DNA from: Candidatus Aminicenantes bacterium
Lineage (GTDB): Bacteria > Acidobacteriota > Aminicenantia > Aminicenantales > Saccharicenantaceae
Reading direction: 5' to 3'
Length of the DNA stretch: 64,000 nt
NCBI GenBank assembly: GCA_963773685.1
Contig: CAVZBY010000006.1
Location: forward strand, 24,710 to 88,709
This document shows positions 58,864 through 64,000 of this stretch, one piece after another. The translations under genes and the position numbers were made by a program. Within the stretch, counting starts at the first letter, position 1, and each line of letters starts with the position of its first letter. The notes beneath the pieces are model-generated. The model did not search any database. It was not told the DNA's origin and saw nothing but the letters and a program-made list of their open reading frames with translations.

Positions 58864-60962
58864 ATGCGCGGAAGATCTGCCTTGACGCGCTCCGCGGCCC
58901 TGACGGGGTCTGCGGCGCTCGCCCTTCTGATCGCCTGCCCTCGCCCCCCCGTTCCCGGGTTCCGCGCGGAGCTCCGTTCTACCCTGGTTGCGTGCAAGGC
59001 CTTCGAAGCCGAGACCGCCCAGGTTCCGCTCACCATCTCGAACACGGGTTCGACGGCCTGGGAATCCGCGGGAGACGATCCCGTCTCCGTCTCCTATCAT
59101 CTTCTCGACGCCGACAAGCGCGTTGTTCGCTTCGAAAATGCCCGGTCCTCTCTGCCGGGAAGGGTCGTCCCCGGCGCAACCGGAGCCCTCGAGGTCGCGG
59201 TCAAGGCGCCGCTCGAAGCCGGAAGCTACAATCTGGAATTCGATCTCGTCGCCGAAGGCTTCTCCTGGTTCAAAGACCGCGGCTCGAAGACCCTGGTCCT
59301 GCCGTTCGAGGTCGGGAGGCGGGAGTGGCCCGAGGACCATTACGAGCTTTCGCTCGACGCGGGACCCTATACGAAGATCGAATCGAGCGTTCCCGAGCTC
59401 GATACGCTCATGAAGCTCATCCGCATCACCCTGAAGCACAACGAGGTCTCCTTCGAGGGGCGGACGGGACGCGTGGAAGGCTTTTCCGCGGGCTCCGGCT
59501 ATCCGCAAATATGGGTCCGGGATGCCGCCACCATCATCCCGGCATCCCGGTACTTCTACCCGGCCTCTTATATCCACTCCTGGCTCGACGAACTGCTCTC
59601 CCATCAGCGGCCGGACGGATCGCTCCCCGATTGGTTCGATTCCCGCGGCGTTACAGACAAGAATACCGTGGAAACGGACCAGGAGACGAGCGCCGTCCAG
59701 GCCGGACACCAGGTTTACCGGTTGTTGGGACCTGAATGGTACCTGCATGAGATCGATGGGGTCCCCGCGTACGAAAGGATGGAGCGCGCCCTCGAATTCG
59801 TCCTCAAGGACCGATTCGACCCCGTCCACGGATTGATCAAGGGCGCCCACACGGCCGATTGGGGGGACGTGGAGATGGAGGACGCCGATCAGAGCGCCAT
59901 TTATGCCGGGGAGACGACGCGCTGGACGGCAGACATCTACGACCAGGGCATGTTCTATCAGGCGGCGTACGACCTCGCTCATTGGTTCGAGGTCGAAGGC
60001 GCCCGGGACAAGGCCAATCTCTGGCGTGACAGGGCCCAACAGGTACGCTTGAACGCCAACAAGCGGCTATGGCAGAACGATAGGGGTTTTTATCGTGTTC
60101 ATATCCATCTCGAGCCGTGGCGGCATGATCTCGACGAGGACTCGATATTCGCTATGGGCGGCAACGCCCAGGCCATCATCTCCGGGCTGGCCGGCGAGCC
60201 GACGGCAAGCTCGATCAGAGAGCAGGATCATCGAACAGGCCCTCGCGCGCCAGAAGGAATTCGGCGTCTCCACCATCAGCGGGTCGCTCCTCCCTCCTTA
60301 TCCCGCGGGCTTCTTCAAGCATCCGGCCCTGGACGAACCATACGAATACCAGAACGGCGGCCAGTGGGACTGGTTCGGGGGCAGGCTCGTTCTGGCCATG
60401 TTCGAGTCGGGCTTCAGCCGCGAAGCCAGGGAAAAGCTCATTGAGATCGCCCGCAAGAATATCGCGAACGACGGCCTCTATGAATGGGACACGAAGGACG
60501 GTCGGGGACGGGGAAGCGACTTCTACTCGGGCAGCGCCGGGAGCCTTACTCGGGCCCTCGTCGAAGGCTATCTCGGCGTCCGGATCGACGCGCTTCACCT
60601 CGAGATCTCGCCCCGGCTCGGCTTGGATAGCGCTCGGGTCCATATCAAGTCTTCCGGCCGCCGGCCGGTTCGTGGCCTATGACTACGGCGTGGACGAGAA
60701 GGCCCGGAAGATCCGCCTCGAGGTCGGCTCCAATAAAGAATGGCCATGGATCCCGATCCGGATCCTGAATCCCTGGGCGCCTTCCCCGTCGGGACGCGCG
60801 CCGAACAAATCCGGACCCCCGGACGTTCGGATCGACGGCAGGATAGTTCCTTTCCAAATGGAACAGGTAGGCCGTGATGAATACATCCACGTCGATCTGA
60901 GGCCGACGCCTCCCCCCAAAACATCCGTCATCGAGGTCCGCATCCTCCCCTCTCAGAACTGA
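58864..60962 (+). CDS. Putative lipoprotein: Ig-like domain plus (alpha/alpha)6 six-hairpin glycosidase-like domain (frameshifts near 60220 and 60650)
   Basis: Lipobox LIAC; V.ISNTG..W...VSYH...APLEAGSY.LEFDLV Ig-like domain; YPQIWVRD and YQNGGQWDW motifs. Confidence 0.65.
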
Positions 60963-61167
60963 GCTTTTCAGTCTCCGAGCCTATCCCTGCCCGTGCCGGA
61001 AAATATCCTGTTAAAGAGGAAAGGTGCTGTTTTATGGGGCGATCTTTGGGGCGGATAAGGCCGCAATAGTCGTCCGATCTGAGGCATCGAAGCGTCGAGC
61101 CCCCTGAATTCAGCTCTATTCCAGAGAGGGAATCCGTTTTCTGACATCTTGAGGACGCGGCAGTTCC

Positions 61168-61182
61168 TGGCACGAATACGGC
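61168..61182 (+). promoter_or_regulatory. Putative sigma54 (-24/-12) promoter
   Basis: TGGCACG-AATACG-GC: exact GG-N10-GC spacing; the -12 box reads CGGC instead of TTGC. Confidence 0.45.
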
Positions 61183-61275
61183 AGTAAGATGGGCATCCTC
61201 TCCCCAGTCTCTTGCGCCGCTCCGGCTATCGGGCGGCCTGGGACGGCGAGGAGCAAAGAGAACAAGGAGGTTGGC

Positions 61276-61422
61276 ATGTTAGGAACAATCTTGATCGTCC
61301 TGTTGATCCTGTGGGCGCTGGGCCTCTTCGCGTTCCACGCCGGCGGCCTGATCCATGTCCTTCTGGTCATCGCCGCGATCGTCCTGATCGTCCGGCTGGT
61401 GCAGGGCAAAAAGATCCTTTAA
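61276..61422 (+). CDS. Small membrane protein, lmo0937-like family (48 aa)
   Basis: MLGTILIVLLILWALGLFAFHAGGLIHVLLVIAAIVLIVRLVQGKKIL; AAGGAGG RBS. Confidence 0.85.
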   Translation: MLGTILIVLLILWALGLFAFHAGGLIHVLLVIAAIVLIVRLVQGKKIL

Positions 61423-61438
61423 CGGGGAAGAAGCCAAA

Positions 61439-62483
61439 ATGGTGCGCCGAAGAGTCGGTGTTTCAGGTCGGATAGCGGGTCTCCTCGCAGGCCTGGGACT
61501 GATCACCCCCTGCCTCTTTTCCGCTCAGGTTTTCAAGTACTCGAAGATCAAGCCTGAAAAGGGATATCTGATCCAGACCGTTCCCTACGAAAAATGGCTG
61601 AAGAGGAATTATTGCGGGCCGGCCTGCCTGGCTATGGTCCTCAACTACTGGGATGAAGCGCGGCTCCTTCAGCCAGCGGAAGATCACGGACGAGATCTAC
61701 GATTCCGAAAGCCAGGCGACCTATAACTCCGAACTGGTCCTGTATCCGCGCACCCAGGGATTCGAGAGCTATTCTTTCCAGGGAGACCTGAAGGTCCTGA
61801 AGGACGTCGTCGGCAAAGGACATTCCGGTGATCGTCCTGACCAAGACCATAAAACAGCTCGCCAAGGGACACTACCGGGTGGTCATCGGATTCGACGAGG
61901 ACAGGAACGAGATCATCTTTCACGACCCCTTTTTCGGGGAGCGTCATGCCATGACGTCCGAGGATTTCATGAAGGTCTGGGACCTGGGAAAGGGGCGTAA
62001 CCAGTCCCGGTGGATGATGGCCGTGGTTCCCGATCAAAGCGCTTTCCCTTTTCCCGCTCTGCAGAGCGACCCTCTGACCCCCATCAATCTGGCCACGGCC
62101 TATTACCGGAGGTCGGATTTCGCGAAATCGAAGGAGCAGTGGGAAAAAGCCACGGAATCTCTCGGCGACGATCCCTACCCCTGTACAGCCTGGCCATGGT
62201 CAGCCTGAGAGAGGGCAAGGCCGGGGAGGCCGAGGCCTATGCCCTCGAAGCCCTCGGAACTGGACGGGAAGAGCGCTTACGCCCATGACGTCCTGGGCCT
62301 GGCTTACGCCAGTCAGGGCAAGCTCGCCGAGGCGATTGCAGTCCCTCGAGTCAGGCGCTCCGGCTGGCCCCGGGCGAGGAGTTCATCCGAAAGCATTATC
62401 TGCAGGTCCGGGCTCTTTACATCGAAAGAGCCCGGCTTGAAAACATTCAAAAAAAGGAGAATCCGAATGAAAAAACAGATTAA
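61439..62483 (+). CDS. C39-like cysteine peptidase with C-terminal TPRs (PA2778-like; several frameshifts)
   Basis: Signal-like N-terminus, NYCGPACLAMVLNYW (Cys), GHYRVVIGFD (His), HDP (Asp); TPRs INLATAYY and AHDVLGLAYASQGK; reconstructed end ...NPNEKTD* at 62483. Confidence 0.8.
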
Positions 62484-62703
62484 GATCTGGAGCATCCTGT
62501 TGATGCTGGTGCTGGTTTCTTCCTATGCCGTCGCCCTTCAGAAGCCGGTGCTTCAGCAGTCGGGCACGTCCGCTCAGCTGGTGCTCAGCGGGCAGGACGT
62601 GATCACGGCCTCCGATGCCGGGGGAGGTTATCTCTCCACGAGGGATATCATCCTCGTCGTGATCATCATCTTCGCGGTCATCGGCCTGATCGTCGTCCTC
62701 TAG
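62467..62703 (+). CDS. Small secreted Gly-Gly peptide precursor (PA2779-like, 78 aa)
   Basis: AGGAG RBS; signal peptide to AVA, polar spacer, DAGGG, then hydrophobic tail DIILVVIIIFAVIGLIVVL*. Confidence 0.75.
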   Translation: MKKQIKIWSILLMLVLVSSYAVALQKPVLQQSGTSAQLVLSGQDVITASDAGGGYLSTRDIILVVIIIFAVIGLIVVL

Positions 62704-62705
62704 CT

Positions 62706-62734
62706 CGAGAGAGTGCCCGACGGCACCTCTCTCG
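62706..62734 (+). terminator. GC-rich hairpin immediately after the Gly-Gly peptide gene (no U-tract)
   Basis: CGAGAGAGTGCC-CGAC-GGCACCTCTCTCG. Confidence 0.45.
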
Positions 62735-62842
62735 GGAAGATCCGGCAGGACGCCGTTCTTTCAACTGATCCGGTAAGGACGTCCTCTCAAGGGGGAGGAC
62801 GTCCGCTCCATTGCCGTTGGAAGGAAAAGGAGGGATGATTCC

Positions 62843-63055
62843 ATGAAGCTCACAGGCATCGTTCTCATCGTTCTCGGAGTCCTGGCCCTGGCCTACCAGG
62901 GGATCCGCTATACGACTCGGGAAAAGGTCATCGATCTCGGGCCCCTGCAGGTCACGTCCACGGAGAAGAAGACCATTCCTCTGCCTCCGATCGTGGGCGG
63001 CGTTGCCCTCATCGCGGGGATCGCGATGATCTACGCCGACAGAAAAAAGAGATAG
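62843..63055 (+). CDS. Small two-TM membrane protein (DUF3185-like)
   Basis: GIVLIVLGVLALAYQGIRYTTREKVIDLGPLQVT...PLPPIVGGVALIAG; AGGAGG RBS. Confidence 0.8.
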   Translation: MKLTGIVLIVLGVLALAYQGIRYTTREKVIDLGPLQVTSTEKKTIPLPPIVGGVALIAGIAMIYADRKKR

Positions 63056-63211
63056 CCCTTTTCCTTGCCGTAGCCGGGCGTTCTCATCCTACGGCACTAT
63101 TTGAAGCCAAAGGCGGGCGTCCGGGTCCGCATCGAAGGCCGCCAGGACCTCTCCCTCGAGCCCTGGGAAGAGAGCCTGCGGCCTCCCGCCCGCGCGTCCG
63201 TCCCCTTGCCC

Positions 63212-63240
63212 TTGACACATCTTTCTTCCTTGCGTAGAAT
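63212..63240 (+). promoter_or_regulatory. sigma70 promoter of the response regulator
   Basis: TTGACA-N17-TAGAAT. Confidence 0.75.
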
Positions 63241-63255
63241 TTTCCAGGAGGTGTC

Positions 63256-64000
63256 ATGGGCGAAGATCCGATCACGACCGTCCTGATCATAGATGACGAT
63301 AAGCTCATTCGCGACTGGGTCGCGAATGTGGTATCCCATCTCGGGCATCGTTCGTTTTTTGCCCGCACGCTCAAAGAGGGCCTCCGGAAGGTCGAATCCG
63401 AGGCGTTCGACATCGTTTTTCTGGACGTCCAGATGCCCGATGGGAACGGCCTGGAGGTCATCCCCAGGATCAAAGCTGTCCGATCCTCGCCGGAGATCAT
63501 CGTGATCACGGGGCGGGGCGATCCCGATGAGGCCGAACTCGCCATCCAATCCGGCGCCTGGGATTATCTGGAAAAGCCGGCTCCGTTCGAAGCCATCAAG
63601 CTCCCCCTGCTCCGGGCCTTGGAATATCGGGCGGATCGAAAGAACGGGAAGCCGGCGATCCCCTTGAAGAGGAACGGCATCATCGGCGAATCCGAAAAGA
63701 TCACCTCCGCCCTGGAGCTTCTGACCCAGGCCGCCGGCAGCAATGTCAATGTTCTCATCACCGGCGAAACCGGTACCGGGAAAGAGCTTTTTGCCAAGGT
63801 CATCCATTCTAATAGCGCGCGGGCGAAAAGAAATTTCGTGGTCGTCGACTGCACCGCGCTGCCCGAGACCCTCGTCGAAAGCGTCCTTTTCGGACACGCG
63901 CGGGGAGCTTTTACGGGCGCCGAGAGCCGCGAGGAGGGCTTGATCAAGCAGGCCGACGGAGGGACCCTTTTCCTGGATGAGATCGGGGAGCTGCCGCTAT
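63256..64000 (+). CDS. sigma54-dependent Fis/NtrC-family response regulator (partial; no stop in the window, so absent from the ORF track)
   Basis: Hand translation: REC domain LIIDDD...FLDVQMPDGNG...ITG...DYLEKP; AAA+ GETGTGKE, VDCTALP, ESVLFGHARGAFTGA, GTLFLDEIGELP. Confidence 0.93.
   Translation, partial: MGEDPITTVLIIDDDKLIRDWVANVVSHLGHRSFFARTLKEGLRKVESEAFDIVFLDVQMPDGNGLEVIPRIKAVRSSPEIIVITGRGDPDEAELAIQSGAWDYLEKPAPFEAIKLPLLRALEYRADRKNGKPAIPLKRNGIIGESEKITSALELLTQAAGSNVNVLITGETGTGKELFAKVIHSNSARAKRNFVVVDCTALPETLVESVLFGHARGAFTGAESREEGLIKQADGGTLFLDEIGELPL

Noticed and set aside
58864-64000. Prophage or integrative element in the low-GC tail
   Set aside because: No integrase, transposase, phage structural gene, att-like repeat or tRNA boundary is visible in the window.

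Overview
A high-GC bacterial chromosomal window (spot count 42/60 G+C at 541-600) made mostly of housekeeping genes. In order: the tufB cluster (tRNA-Thr/Tyr/Gly/Thr, tuf, rpmG, tRNA-Trp, secE, nusG, rplKAJL, partial rpoB); a purB-S-Q-L-N operon; tyrS; a Ddl-like ATP-grasp gene facing a zincin peptidase; a tandem ThyX; archease-rtcB; a long minus-strand Fe-S/oxidative-stress block (nfu, nifS, nifU, nadA, rubrerythrin, ferritin-likes, nth, AmrS radical SAM, hemerythrin-PAS, rubredoxin and its reductase); purA; recD2; lepB; ychF-like-tgt-yajC-secDF; tonB-exbBD; uppS-cdsA-dxr-rseP-ispG-larE; hypCDE; and a lower-GC tail (~59-64 kb) with a six-hairpin glycosidase-like lipoprotein, small membrane proteins, a C39 peptidase-TPR gene coupled to a Gly-Gly hydrophobic peptide, and a sigma54 activator. 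The RpoB insertions and the anaerobe-type gene set suggest Acidobacteriota, possibly Aminicenantia (inference from memory, not a database result). About 29 genes, many of them essential, are broken by small indels. I read these as uncorrected long-read assembly errors, so coordinates of frameshifted genes are reconstructed by hand. No CRISPR, rRNA or transposase was seen. The leads most worth following are the C39/Gly-Gly peptide module, the ATP-grasp/zincin pair, a non-canonical EF-Tu switch I, several families of structured intergenic repeats (two of which appear to supply -35 boxes), and a set of probably leaderless genes.
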